A stretch of 64,000 nt of DNA from Heterodontus francisci (Eukaryota), in the NCBI RefSeq assembly GCF_036365525.1, contig NC_090404.1:806001-870000 (forward strand), in the 5' to 3' direction. The position numbers and the translations under genes are program-made. The number at the start of each line of letters is the position of its first letter. The stretch's first letter is position 1. The notes beneath the pieces were generated by a model. The model had not been told where the DNA came from. It made no database searches and saw nothing but the letters and a program-made list of their open reading frames with translations. Below, piece after piece: positions 37,401 through 49,543 of the stretch.

Positions 37401-38722
37401 GGGTCAGTACTGAGGAAGTGCTGCACTGTCGCAGGGTCAGTACTGAGGGAGCGCCGCTCTGTCGGAGGGTCAGTACTGAGGGAGCGCCGCACTGTCGGAG
37501 GGTCAGTACTGAGGGAGTGCCGCACTGTCAGAGGGTCAGTACTGAGAGAGCGCCGCACTGTCGGAGGGTCAGTACTGAGGGAGTGCCGCACTGTCGGAGG
37601 GTCAGTACTGAGGGAGCGCCGCACTGTCGGAGGGTCAGTACTGAGGGAGCGCCGCACTGTCGGAGGGTCAGTACTGAGGGAGTGCCGCACTGTCGGAGGG
37701 TCAGTACTGAGGGAGCGCCGCACTGTCGGAGGGTCAGTACTGAGGAAGTGCTGCACTGTCGGAGGGTCAGTACTGAGGGAGCGCCGCTCTGTCGGAGGGT
37801 CAGTACTGAGGGAGCGCCGCACTGTCGGAGGGTCAGTACTGAGGGAGTGCCGCACTGTCAGAGGGTCAGTACTGAGAGAGCGCCGCACTGTCGGAGGGTC
37901 AGTACTGAGGGAGTGCCGCACTGTCGGAGGGTCAGTACTGAGGGAGCGCCGCACTGTCGGAGGGTCAGTACTGAGGAAGTGCTGCACTGTCGGAGGGTCA
38001 GTACTGAGGGAGCGCCGCACTGTCGGAGGGTCAGTACTGAGGGAGCGCCGCACTGTCGGAGGGTCAGTACTGAGGGAGCGCCGCACTGTCGGAGGGTCAG
38101 TACTGAGGGAGTGCTGCACTGTCGGAGGGTCAGTACTGAGGGAGCGCTGCACTTTCGGAGGTTCAGTACTGAGGGAGCGCCGCACTGTCGGAGGGTCAGT
38201 ACTGAGAAAGTGCTGCACTGTCGGAGGGTCAGTACTGAGGAAGTGCTGCACTTTCGGAGGGTCAGTACTGAGGGAGCGCCGCACTGTCGGAGGGTCAGTA
38301 CTGAGGAAGTGCTGCGCTGTCGGAGGGTCAGTACTGAGGGAGCGCCGCTCTGTCGGAGGGTCAGTACTGAGGGAGCGCCGCACTGTCGGAGGGTCAGTAC
38401 TGAGGGAGTGCCGCACTGTCAGAGGGTCAGTACTGAGAGAGCGCCGCACTGTCGGAGGGTCAGTACTGAGGGAGTGCCGCACTGTCGGAGGGTCAGTACT
38501 GAGGGAGCGCCGCACTGTCGGAGGGTCAGTACTGAGGGAGCGCCGCACTGTCGGAGGGTCAGTACTGAGGGAGCGCCGCACTGTCGGAGGGTCAGTACTG
38601 AGGGAGCGCCGCACTGTCGGAGGGTCAGTACTGAGGGAGCGCCGCACTGTCGGAGGGTCAGTACTGAGGGAGCGCCGCACTGTCGGAGGGTCAGTACTGA
38701 GGAAGTGCTGCACTGTCGGAGG
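34499..38722. repeat. 33-bp minisatellite, ~128 units, opposite orientation to 22775-26338
   Basis: Unit CAGTACTGAGGGAGTGCCGCACTGTCGGAGGGT. Confidence 0.97.
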
Positions 38723-38943
38723 GGGAAATTCTCCAAAATCTCCACCCAGTCAGAACTGTACCTGTCCTGAAAGTGTTTGATTCGACTCTGCATCTAACCC
38801 CATTTTTTTTTAATATAAGGTGGCCTTGATACCCCAGGCCCCTTTTATATATTTTATGTCAAGGGGGCCTTTATTGCTCAGGCCCCCTTTATCTACATAT
38901 TTTTAAAATAACTTTATTAAAAACAGATAAATAAACAAATAAC

Positions 38944-41900
38944 TCAAATTAAAATGCCATTCTCGGCGTCGACAATGCACTCCAGTCCCTGCGGTGCCCA
39001 CCGGTCGCGGAAGGCCTCAAGCGTACCGGCGTACACCGCATGCTCCTTCTCCAGGGACACCCGGGCGCGAACGTAACCGCGGAAGAGGGGCAGGCAATCG
39101 GGGAGGACGGACCCCCCGACGGCCCGCAGCCTGGACCTGTGAATTGCCACCTTGGCCAGGCCCAGGAGCAGACCGACGAGGAGATCCTCCTCCCGGCCCA
39201 AGCCCCTCCGCACCGGGTGCCCAAAGATCAGGAGCGTGGGACTGAAGTGCAGTCAGAATTTGAGGAGCAGCCCCTTCAGATACTCAAATAGGGGCTGCAA
39301 CCTCGCACACTCCATATAAATGTGGAACACGGACTCGTCCAGGCCGCAGAAAGTACAGCTGGCCTGGGAGTCCGTGAACCTACTTAAAAGCCTATTGCAC
39401 GGGACTGCTCTGTGCAGCACCCTCCACCCCAGGTCCCCGATGTAAAGGGGGAAGACTCCCGCGTAGAGAGACCTCCATCGGGGTTTCCCCTCGCCGCCAG
39501 ATGACAACGCGGACCGCCAGGGCGTGTCTGGCCGGCTGACGAGGGCGAGGAAGTGGAGAGTGTGCAGGAGCAGCCCGTACAGGAAACCCCTCCGCGCCGA
39601 TTGGAATGGCACGGAGGGCATTTCCGAGAGGTGGCTTGGGTTGTGCGGGACCAGCTCCCGAGGAGAGTTTTGGGGCCTGGATCCGATGAGCGCCCCGCAC
39701 TCCCGAGCCCCCTCGCCACCCGCAGTGAGGGGCGTCCCGGGGGTTTCAGCTACTCCTCCGCCCGCTGGACCGTCCCCGGAGTCGGCCGCCCGGACAGCCG
39801 AGGCGCTCTCCTCCGCCGGCGGGGGAGCGCCCTGACTGGAGGCGACCATGTTCCAGACTCGGAAAAGATCCCGGTAAAAGACAGGCAACTCCCTCAGAGA
39901 GGCGCGGCTAACGGACTCCACCGGGAGCTGCGTGTCGTCGTGAAGGCAGTGACACTGGCGGAAAAAATACGTCGCCAGCGCACACCATCTGGGAGGACGC
40001 TCGACGTACAGGTATCTCTGCAGGGTCCGAAGGCGGAGAGTCGCAGCATGGGTGCGGACGCACACCAGCGACTGACCGCCCTCCTCGATCGGGAGACTCA
40101 GGACCGCGGCAGAGACCCAGTGTTTCCTCTTGCCCCAGAAGAAATCGACGAGTTTCTTCTGGATCTTGGTGGCAAATGCAGGGGGTGGAGCCAAAGTGAC
40201 CAACCGGTACCACAGCATGGAGGCCACCAGTTGGTTTATGACCAGCGCTCGGCCCCTGTAGGAAAGCACTCGGAGCAGTCCTGTCCAGCGCCCCAGCCGA
40301 GCGGTGACTTTCGCCTCCAACTCCTGCCAGTTTGCCGGCCAGGCTTCCTCAGCGGGGCTAAGGTGGACTCCCAGATAGAGGAGGTGCGTGGTGCTCCACG
40401 CAAAAGGTGTCATCTCCTCCGGCAGGGAGTCCACCCGCCACTGACCCACCAGGAGTCCGGAACATTTCTCCCAATTGATCCTCGCGGAGGACGCGGCAGA
40501 AAAGGTCTGCTGGCAGTCGCGCATCCTCCGCAAGTCAACGGGATCTGTGACCGCGAGGAGCATGTCGTCGGCATAAGCCGAGAGGATGACCCGCATGGCC
40601 GGCTCGCGCAGAGCCAATCCCGTCAACCTCCTGCGAAGCAGGCACAGGAAGGGCACCACGCAGATGGTGTTCAATTGGCCGGACATGGGGCATCCCTGAC
40701 GCACTCCTCTCCCAAATCGAAGGGGCGCCGTCAAGGACCCGTTAACTTTGACTAGACACTCTGCAGCGGCGGATAAATCTCAGACCCGGGCCATGAAATG
40801 CAGCCCGAGTCCGAAAGCGCGCAGAGTCCCGAAAAGGTATTCGTGATCCACCCTGTCGAACGCCTTCTCCTGATCGAGGGAGAGAAAGGCGACCGACTGA
40901 CCAGTCCTCTGGGAAAGATGGATCAGGTCCCGGACTAGGTGGATGTTGTCCTGGATGGAACGGCCCGGGACCGTGTAGGACTGGTCGGGGTGGATCATGT
41001 GGGCCAGCACGGAGCCCAGGCAGGTAGACATAGCCCGGGCAAAGATCTTATAATCCGTGCTGAGGAGGGAGACCGGACGCCAATTTTTAAGCAGGCAGAG
41101 ATCGCCCCTCTTCGACAGCAGGACGATGACCGCCCTGCGCCACAAGAGGGGCATCTCCCCGGTCACCAGACTTTCCCCAAGGAACCGCGCGTAATCGTCC
41201 CCCAGGACGTCCCAGAACGCCCTGAGGAACTCCACGGTCAACCCATCCAGCCCTGGGGATTTGCCCCTCGAGAGCTGGTGGAGGGCGCCAGTCAGCTCCG
41301 CCAACGTGAGCGGAGCCTCCAATCCTTCGGCGCTCTCTGGGCTGACCTGTGGCAGGTCCTCCCACAAAACTCTGCGCGCGTCCTCGCTGGATGGATCCGG
41401 AGAGAACAACGCACTCTAATAAGTACGGACCAGGAGGCCCATTCCCTCCGGATCCGTGATGGAGGATCCGTCGTCGGCCAGCTGCTCGACGAGCTGCTTA
41501 CGGACCCCCCGCCATTTTTCCAGCGAGTAGAAGAAGGGTGAGGCGCGGTCCAAATCTTCCAGGATCTGGATCCGCGACCTCATGTACGCGCCTCAGGACC
41601 CTATGAGCTGCAGGTCCCTCAGCGCGCCCTTCTCTTTGTACATCTGCAACAGGGCCGGGTCCGTGACAGCATGACCGAGGCGGGACTCCAAGTCGAGCAC
41701 CTCCCTCTCAAGGCGCCCGATCTCGGCCTCCCGCCTCTTGGTCGACCCCTTCGCGTACTCCTGACAGAAGACGCGGTTATGAGTCTTGCCCACATCCCAC
41801 CATCGCCTCAAGGAGGAGAAGCCCCCCTGCTTCCTTCTCTAGTTGGCCCAGAATTGACGGAACGAGTCCCGAAATCGCTCGTCCTCCAGCAGCCGGTTGT

Positions 41901-42642
41901 TAAAGTGCCAGTACGCGGACCCCGCCCGCGTGCGGAGCGGAGTGAACTCCGCCCACACCAGGCGGTGGTCCGAGCACGGCACCAGCCGCATGGAGGCCGC
42001 CGAGATGCAGGAGACGTACGCCTGCGAAAAGTAGAGGTGGTCGATTCGCGACCCTCCTCCTCCAGACCTCCACGTGAAGGCGCTGGAGTCGGGATGGAGA
42101 TTCCGCCAGACGTCCACCAAGTTAAGGGAGCTGATCAGTCCCCTCAACTTCTCCACTGACGCTTGGCCGCGCTGGGGACCGGAGCAATCCCCCACCTCAA
42201 GGGTGCAGTTAAAATCCCCCCCGAGGATGATGCACTCGCCGCTATCGATGGAGCTCAAGAGAGCGGACACTTCTTCAAAGAAGCGCGCTTGCAACGCGCC
42301 GGGCCTGGGCGCATACACGTTCACAAAGTGGAGCGGCACACTTCCCAGGCGAACGGCGAGGTGGAGCAAGCGGCCCGGCACTAGCTCCTTGACCCCCAAG
42401 ATCTCCGGCTGAAAAGTCGGGGCCAACAAGATAGCCACCCCACTAGAAATAGGGGTGAGGTGACTCATGTAGACCCCACCCTGCCACTCCAGGAGCCAGG
42501 TGGCTTCGTCTCCCGGAACGGTGTGGGTTTCCTGCAGAAAGCTCACCGCGTATCTCCCTTCCCTAAGGACTGAGAGATTGTGAAATCTGCGGTGAGCCCC
42601 TCTGCTGCCGTTGATGTTGAGGCTGGCTATGGTTATCTTCAT
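38944..42642 (-). pseudogene. Tx1 ORF2 (APE endonuclease plus reverse transcriptase), broken by several stops and a frameshift
   Basis: MKITIASLNING..FLQETH..GGDFN..SRID..SDH; KSPGLDG, NWRPVSLL, SLDQEKAFDRV, GVRQGCP, AYADD, CTFCGLDESVFHIYMEC. Stops at 41839, 41593, ~41416, 40780 and 39253. Confidence 0.9.
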
Positions 42643-42674
42643 GTCAAAGGTACTTAAAACCCGTCACCAACAGC

Positions 42675-44711
42675 TCACTGTGAGGAGGGAGTGGAAGTGC
42701 ACCTGGCCCTCCACTCCCCCAGCAACCCATTGAGGAACACATTAAAACGGCGCCTCTCAACCAGTTTCACGTCCGCGCGCTTGCCCGCTATCTTAAGGGC
42801 GGCACGGACGGACTGGACGATCAGTGCCAGATTCGACCAACGGTCGAGGGCCAGCTGAACTTTATCGCGGCAACCCCTGCAAGCCGCGAGGAAATCCCGG
42901 AGTTCCGCCGTGGGGATGAGAGGAGATTCGGTGGGAGGCACGAGGGACTCCACCACCTCACTGGCGATGGAATCAAGATCATCCTCCGTGCCCCGCACCG
43001 AATCCCCATCCTCCTCCGGGTCGTCACCCCCAGCGGCCGACACATCCACCACACACTGTGGGGCGGACGTCCCGGCCGCGCCAGCTGGTCCCGCCTCCGT
43101 CACGATCCCACCCCCAGGATCGATGGCGGAGGAGTCCTCTCTGGGTTCTATTGTGAAACTGGAGCCTGTAGGCACCAGCGGTTCAGGACCCCCCTCCACC
43201 TCCGTCCCCAGGGCAATGAGTGGTCCAGGGGAGACAGAAGTTCCCGACTCCGGGAAACCAGCCGGAGCCGAGACTGGAGGCGGAGGGAGGAGGCTATCTC
43301 CCGCTCCGCCAGCACCCACAGGCCCAGCAGATGGGGCAGCATTCTCAGTTATAACTGGGTCGGGTGTCTCCTGGTTGGTGGTGGACTCCGGCTGGGAGGC
43401 CCGACCCTCTGGGGCCTCGCCCTCCCCTTCATTCAGGACACCCGACCCAGTAGCAGTGGCAGAATGGGCGGCTTCCCCAGGCTCCCCCACCACAAGCAGG
43501 GCCCCACTTACTCCTTCAGGAGGGGCCTCATGTACCGGGGCCATCCCCTCCCCTCCATCCTGAGGAATAGTGTGCTCCTGCCCGGACTTTGCAGCCTTGG
43601 TGGTGGCGGTAGGGGGAACCTGAGGACCAGAAACAGGAGGCAGCTCCCCTCCAACAGATGGGCCCTGCACCTCAGGGCCCTGTGTTATTTCTGTGGAGGG
43701 GTGCCTTCTCCTCTTTCTCGCACTTGGGCGCGGAGACTCAGAGACCTCCATGTCATCAGAGGCCTCCGCCTCCGCACCCTTTTTTCCCTTTTTAGTCACC
43801 CTGGGCCTGAGCCCAGCCCTGGGACAGGTGGATTCCATGGGAATGGGCTTTGGGCTGAGCTCAGGCTCGGGTTGAGTCAAAGTGTCCAGGGGACGTGCCT
43901 CATGATGTTTCTTTTTTCCCCGCGTCTTCCTTCCGCTCGGACGGACGCTCCCCTCCCCGCCAGAGGCTGTGAAAACCACAGCCTGCGGAACCGACTGAGC
44001 GGTGTCTGTTGGATTTGCGGGGGGAGTGGGAGGAGATGCTGTGGAACCACTCTGGGCCGCCGAGGTGGAGCTGGCGGCCGGGAGGTTGGGGCAGTTCTTA
44101 CGAACATGCCCCACCCCCTTGCAGACGTGGCACCGCGCTCCATCCGAGGTCCAGAAGACGCGGTAGGCCGTCCCCTGAAACTCTATACCGAAGTGGCCCT
44201 CCAAGACCTCCTCCCGCGCCAGCTGCATGAATAGCTGGCGGCGGAAGGAGTATACATGTCGGAGGCTGTGCTCCCGAAGACCGAGCGGGACTGGGGTGAT
44301 CCCCGACCTCACCTCCCCCAGATGGTGTAGATGGGGGAGGAGGAGCTCATCAGGAATGAAGGGTGGGATGTTCGACAAGGTTACCCGATGTGCAGTGGCC
44401 CCCAGAGGGTCCACTGGCAGGAAAATCCCACCCACTGTGAGCCCCGTACTTAGGGCGAGGGACACAGCCCGCTCGGTCTTCAGGAAGAACACAGCCTTCC
44501 CATACATCTTTGAGGCTGCAACAATGGCCGAGGGGCCGACAACCACGGCCATTGCCTTAACACAAGCCTCAATAGTCATATTAGGATGGGTGTAACTCTT
44601 CACCCCATGCTTTGATGTTAAGATTTTAAATGGTGACGGGGCCACAGGAGCAGCTGTCGCAGCTGCTGCAGCATAGGAGGGCCCCGCCACCGGAGAGGAC
44701 TGAGAAGTCAT
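42675..44711 (-). CDS. Tx1 ORF1 gag-like nucleic-acid-binding protein (678 aa, intact)
   Basis: ATG at 44711; zinc knuckle CHVCKGVGHVRKNC; directly upstream of ORF2. Confidence 0.85.
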   Translation of the reverse strand: MTSQSSPVAGPSYAAAAATAAPVAPSPFKILTSKHGVKSYTHPNMTIEACVKAMAVVVGPSAIVAASKMYGKAVFFLKTERAVSLALSTGLTVGGIFLPVDPLGATAHRVTLSNIPPFIPDELLLPHLHHLGEVRSGITPVPLGLREHSLRHVYSFRRQLFMQLAREEVLEGHFGIEFQGTAYRVFWTSDGARCHVCKGVGHVRKNCPNLPAASSTSAAQSGSTASPPTPPANPTDTAQSVPQAVVFTASGGEGSVRPSGRKTRGKKKHHEARPLDTLTQPEPELSPKPIPMESTCPRAGLRPRVTKKGKKGAEAEASDDMEVSESPRPSARKRRRHPSTEITQGPEVQGPSVGGELPPVSGPQVPPTATTKAAKSGQEHTIPQDGGEGMAPVHEAPPEGVSGALLVVGEPGEAAHSATATGSGVLNEGEGEAPEGRASQPESTTNQETPDPVITENAAPSAGPVGAGGAGDSLLPPPPVSAPAGFPESGTSVSPGPLIALGTEVEGGPEPLVPTGSSFTIEPREDSSAIDPGGGIVTEAGPAGAAGTSAPQCVVDVSAAGGDDPEEDGDSVRGTEDDLDSIASEVVESLVPPTESPLIPTAELRDFLAACRGCRDKVQLALDRWSNLALIVQSVRAALKIAGKRADVKLVERRRFNVFLNGLLGEWRARCTSTPSSQ

Positions 44712-45348
44712 GGGGTGGAAGAGTTACAGGCACTTTGCTGAGAGAAAAAAAAGAAAAGAGCAAATACAATAAATCAAAAATGTAACACTTAAAGGATGTA
44801 GCACAGGGGAAGAGGCTGAGGGAGAGGAAGGCCAAGAGGAATCAGTCTTTGTTAGTATTGCACAAGTCTTGTAGCTGGTCTTCCAGTTGGGAGGGTGGGC
44901 TGATGTCTTCACCTGGGTCAGCTGTAAGCTGCCCAGGCACACGCCTCCTTCGATGTTCAGATAATAAGTCTCTTCACCTGGGCAGCTCCAGCTGTCCCAG
45001 GCTTAGTAGTTGGGGTGGGGAGGGAGCTCCCTATCCAAAGATGTTAAACACAGGAGCTCCCTATTGAACAATACAGCCCCACCCAAGGTCTTCAGGTCTC
45101 TTCTTTCCCCACCCCCAACAATCAATGAAAAAGACTTTCAGTACCAAGCAAACTCACAAAAAGAGCTTCCAGTTCTTCCAGTTCTCTGCCTTCCTTCCTT
45201 TGTTGAAATTTGGAAAAAACTTTTGTTTCAGTTTGAGTCTCTCCCTCTTGCAGCAGTCACACAGCCTGCAGCCTCCAACCTCTGCACACAGCCACAGTCA
45301 GCTGCACCTCGTTGATGCACTCAGGCTCCCAAATCAGAGAGCAGCCAA

Positions 45349-48215
45349 TCCCCGTGCTGTACCTGTCCTGGGAGTGTTTGATGTGGACAGTGTTTAGGGA
45401 GATTTACTCTGTATCTAACCCCGTTCTGTACCTGTCCTGGGAGTGTTTGATGTGGACAGTGTTTAGGGAGATTTACTCTGTATCTAACCCCTGGTTTTTT
45501 TTCATCTTTTGATGGGGACAGTGTAGAGGGAGTTTGACTCTGTATCTAACCCCTGTTTTTTTTGATGGGGACAGTGTAGATGGAGCTTTACTCTGTATCT
45601 AACCCCTGTTTTTTTTGATGGGGACAGTGTAGATGGAGCTTTACTCTGTATCTAACCCCTGGTTTTTTTGATGCGGACAGTATAGAGGGAGCTTTACTCT
45701 GTATCTAACCCCTGTTTTTTTTTGATGGGGACAGTGTGGAGGGTGCTTTACTCTGTATCTAACCCCTGTTTTTTTTTCTTCTTTTGATGGGGACAGTGTA
45801 GAGGGATCTTTACTCTGTATCTAACCCCTGTTTTTTTTGATGGGGACAGTGTAGAGGGAGCTTTACTCTGTATCTAACCCCTGTTTTTTTTGATGGGGAC
45901 AGTGTAGATGGAGCTTTACTCTGTATCTAACCCCTGGTTTTTTTGATGCGGACAGTATAGAGGGAGTTTTACTCTGTATCTAACCCCTGTTTTTTTTGAT
46001 GGGGACAGTGTAGAGGGAGCTTTACTCTGTATCTAACCCCTGTTTTTTTTGATGGGGACAGTGTAGATGGAGCTTTACTCTGTATCTAACCCCTGGTTTT
46101 TTTGATGCGGACAGTATAGAGGGAGTTTTACTCTGTATCTAACCCCTGTTTTTTTTGATGGGGACAGTGTAGAGGGAGCTTTACTCTGTATCTAACCCCT
46201 GTTTTTTTTGATGGGGACAGTGTAGATGGAGCTTTACTCTGTATCTAACCCCTGTTTTTTTTGATGCGGACAGTATAGAGGGAGTTTTACTCTGTATCTA
46301 ACCCCTGTTTTTTTTGATGGGGACAGTGTAGAGGGATCTTTACTCTGTATCTAACCCCTGTTTTTTCTGATGGGGACAGTGTCGAGGGATCTTTACTCTG
46401 TATCTAACCCCTGTTTTTTTTGATGCGGACAGTGTAGAGGGAGCTTTACTCTGTATCTAACCCCTGTTTTTTCTGATGGGGACAGTGTAGAGGGATCTTT
46501 ACTCTGTATCTAACCCCTGTTTTTTTTGATTGGGACAGTGTAGAGGGATCTTTACTCTGTATCTAACCCCTGTTTTTTTTGATGCGGACAGTGTCGAGGG
46601 AGCTTTACTCTGTATCTAACCCCTATTTTTTTTTCTTCTTTTGATGGGGACAGTGTCGAGGGAGCTTTACTCTGTATCTAACCCCTATTTTTTCTGATGG
46701 GGACAGTGTAGAGGGATCTTTACTCTGTATCTAACCCCTGTTTTTTCTGATGGGGACAGTGTAGAGGGATCTTTACTCTGTATCTAACCCCTGTTTTTTC
46801 TGATGGGGACAGTGTAGAGGGATCTTTACTCTGTATCTAACCCCTGTTTTTTTTGATGAGGACAGTGCAGAGGGATCTTTACTCTGTATCTAACCCCTGT
46901 TTTTTCTGATGGGGACAGTGTCGAGGGATCTTTACTCTGTATCTAACCCCTGTTTTTTTTGATGCGGACAGTGTAGAGGGAGCTTTACTCTGTATCTAAC
47001 CCCTGTTTTTTCTGATGGGGACAGTGTAGAGGGATCTTTACTCTGTATCTAACCCCTGTTTTTTTTGATTGGGACAGTGTAGAGGGATCTTTACTCTGTA
47101 TCTAACCCCTGTTTTTTTTGATGCGGACAGTGTCGAGGGAGCTTTACTCTGTATCTAACCCCTATTTTTTTTTCTTCTTTTGATGGGGACAGTGTCGAGG
47201 GAGCTTTACTCTGTATCTAACCCCTATTTTTTCTGATGGGGACAGTGTCGAGGGATCTTTACTCTGTATCTAACCCCTGTTTTTTCTGATGGGGACAGTG
47301 GAGAGGGATCTTTACTCTGTATCTAACCCCTGTTTTTTCTGATGGGGACAGTGTAGAGGGATCTTTACTCTGTATCTAACCCCTGTTTTTTTTGATGAGG
47401 ACAGTGTAGAGGGATCTTTACTCTGTATCTAACCCCTGTTTTTTCTGATGCGGACAGTGTCGAGGGAGCTTTACTCTGTATCTAACCCCTATTTTTTTTT
47501 CTTCTTTTGATGGGGACAGTGTCGAGGGAGCTTTACTCTGTATCTAACCCCTATTTTTTTTTCTTCTTTTGATGGGGACAGTGTAGAGGGAGCTTTACTC
47601 TGTATCTAACCCCTGTTTTTTCTGATGTGGACAGTGTAGAGGGAGCTTTACTCTGTATCTAACCCCTGTTTTTTTTCATCTTTTGATGGGGACAGTGTCG
47701 AGGGAGCTTTACTCTGTATCTAACCCCTGTTTTTTTTCATCTTTTGATGGGGACAGTGTAGAGGGAGCTTTACTCTGTATCTAACCCCTGTTTTTTTTGA
47801 TGGGGACAGTGTAGAGGGATCTTTACTCTGTATCTAACCCCTGTTTTTTCTGATGGGGACAGTGTAGAGGGAGCTTTACTCTGTATCTAACCCCTGTTTT
47901 TTCTGATGGGGACAGTGTAGAGGGAGCTTTACTCTGTATCTAACCCCTGTTTTTTTTGATGGGGACAGTGTAGAGGGATCTTTACTCTGTATCTAACCCC
48001 TGTTTTTTTTGATGGGGACAGTGGAGAGGGATCTTTACTCTGTATCTAACCCCTGTTTTTTTTCTTCTTTTGATGGGGACAGCGTAGAGGGATCTTTACT
48101 CTGTATCTAACCCCTGTTTTTTCTGATGGGGACAGTGTAGAGGGATCTTTACTCTGTATCTAACCCCTGTTTTTTCTGATGGGGACAGTGTAGAGGGATC
48201 TTTACTCTGTATCTC
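45349..48215. repeat. ~53-69-bp minisatellite (TTTACTCTGTATCTAACCCCTG(T)nGATGGGGACAGTGTAGAGGGAGC), ~50 units
   Basis: Direct periodicity. The first two units are the longer form containing GTGCTGTACCTGTCCTGGGAGTG. Confidence 0.95.
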
Positions 48216-48330
48216 TGCACCTGCCCTGGTTGGCGTTGCACCATTTTTTTGTTTGAATTTGTCTCGTTATTTTAAACAACAGATTTTACACACACAAGCA
48301 CATGCATCTTTAACAATGCAGGTCCGTGTG

Positions 48331-48336
48331 TTTATT
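48331..48336 (-). terminator. Candidate polyadenylation signal for the WWE gene
   Basis: TTTATT on the plus strand, ~615 nt past the stop, at the end of an AT-rich unique 3' UTR-like stretch. Confidence 0.6.
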
Positions 48337-48950
48337 GAGAAACACGGGCAGGTTTTCTGGGTGAGACAGTTATTCACTCACACTTACATTTTAATGGGTA
48401 CATTTTCTGCACATTATCTTTAATACATTGAACAGTTCAGGTACTTTTAGAACTCAGGATAACCATTTAATCATCATGAAACAAAGAGACTGAGTAGAAG
48501 TGATTAATTTTCATTAAACAAAGATACACATGCACAACTAAAATATATTTTGTCCCTCTTAATCCCTACAGTTATCTGATTACCATTGTTATGCCACTCA
48601 GTACAGTCCTCATCAGCATCAGTGACCAGATTAATCCATTTCTGATCATGACAGACATGACTGAACGTTTATGTTCAGACATGACATCAATCTCCTCAGG
48701 TGTGGAGGTGCCTGTGTCTTTCGGTCTCTCTTCGCCTGGTTTACAATTACACCTTCAGTGGAAAGGGGGTTAATTCACCTTTGGGGCCGGGTTTGAGGTC
48801 TGCTGGTCCGGCAGGATGTCTGGGAGCCAGGTTGGGAGGAGTCTCCTTCCCACTCTGTTAACATTCATGGACTCAGGCAGTGGGGATCAGGATAAGGTGC
48901 GAAGATTGGGGTTGCATAAATGGTTGGTGTAAAGAGCTGCAAAGGTTGTG

Positions 48951-49543
48951 CTATTTAACTGCACGGCGTTCCTCCCTGTAGATCTTGACCAGTTCTCCAG
49001 TCTCCTGCACCGTGGCCTCCCACTTTTTCAGATTAACGAAGAAAGTGTAGCCCAGTGTTCTCACTACAGCCTCACTAAACTTGCTCCTGTGTTGCTGCTC
49101 CAGATTATAGTTGGCTTCTGGGTCAAAGGACTGCAAAGAGCGACCACTGACACGATAGAACCAGCAGACCATGGAAAACATTTCTTTGTACTCTCTGCAG
49201 GCTGCGCCATCGAGCAGACAGTGGACGGAGGCGACGGCCTCCTTCAGCTTCCCAACCTCGCCCCGCACCCTCACGCACTCCCGCTCCACTGTCACGTGGA
49301 CGCTGTGCACACGGGCCAGCTGCAGGAGTTGGACAATCTCGCTGGGTGTGAGACGGGTGGGGCGCTGGTAAGTGAGGGAGCGCGCGACGAAAACGGTGTC
49401 ACAGATGCTCCGGAGACGGGACAGGGCCTCCTGCACGCACACTCCGTCCCTCCCGAGCACGTTGATCACCGCCGGCGTGACTTCCTCGTCGCTCTCGTGT
49501 CGTCCGGGCATCTCGCCCGCTCCCCGGGAGTCGCTGGCTGCTT
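48951..49543 (-). CDS. Terminal exon of a PARP14-like gene: KH-like region plus WWE domain, ending in a stop; upstream exons not identified
   Basis: Acceptor ccgttctccctcag| (phase 1). PAVINVLGRDGVCVQEALSRL... aligns with the PARP14 pre-WWE region; VCWFY...FDPEANYNLEQ...FFVNLKKW...VKIYR is WWE-like. TAG at 48951. Confidence 0.75.

Larger units (their letters stand above)
38802..45348 (-). mobile_element. Nearly full-length Tx1-clade (L1 group) LINE, ~6.5 kb
   Basis: 5' UTR, ORF1, ORF2 (APE, RT, C-terminal Cys motif), AT-rich 3' UTR and a short poly(A) at ~38802-38811. Confidence 0.9.

Noticed and set aside
22619-38770. Mucin-like or Cys/Arg-rich ORFs (STDPPTVRHSL, HCRRVSTEGV repeats)
   Set aside because: Translations of the 33-bp SINE-derived minisatellite, open on both strands.
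39553-44595. Long plus-strand ORFs (400, 256 and 217 aa)
   Set aside because: Antisense shadows of the GC-rich Tx1 ORFs.
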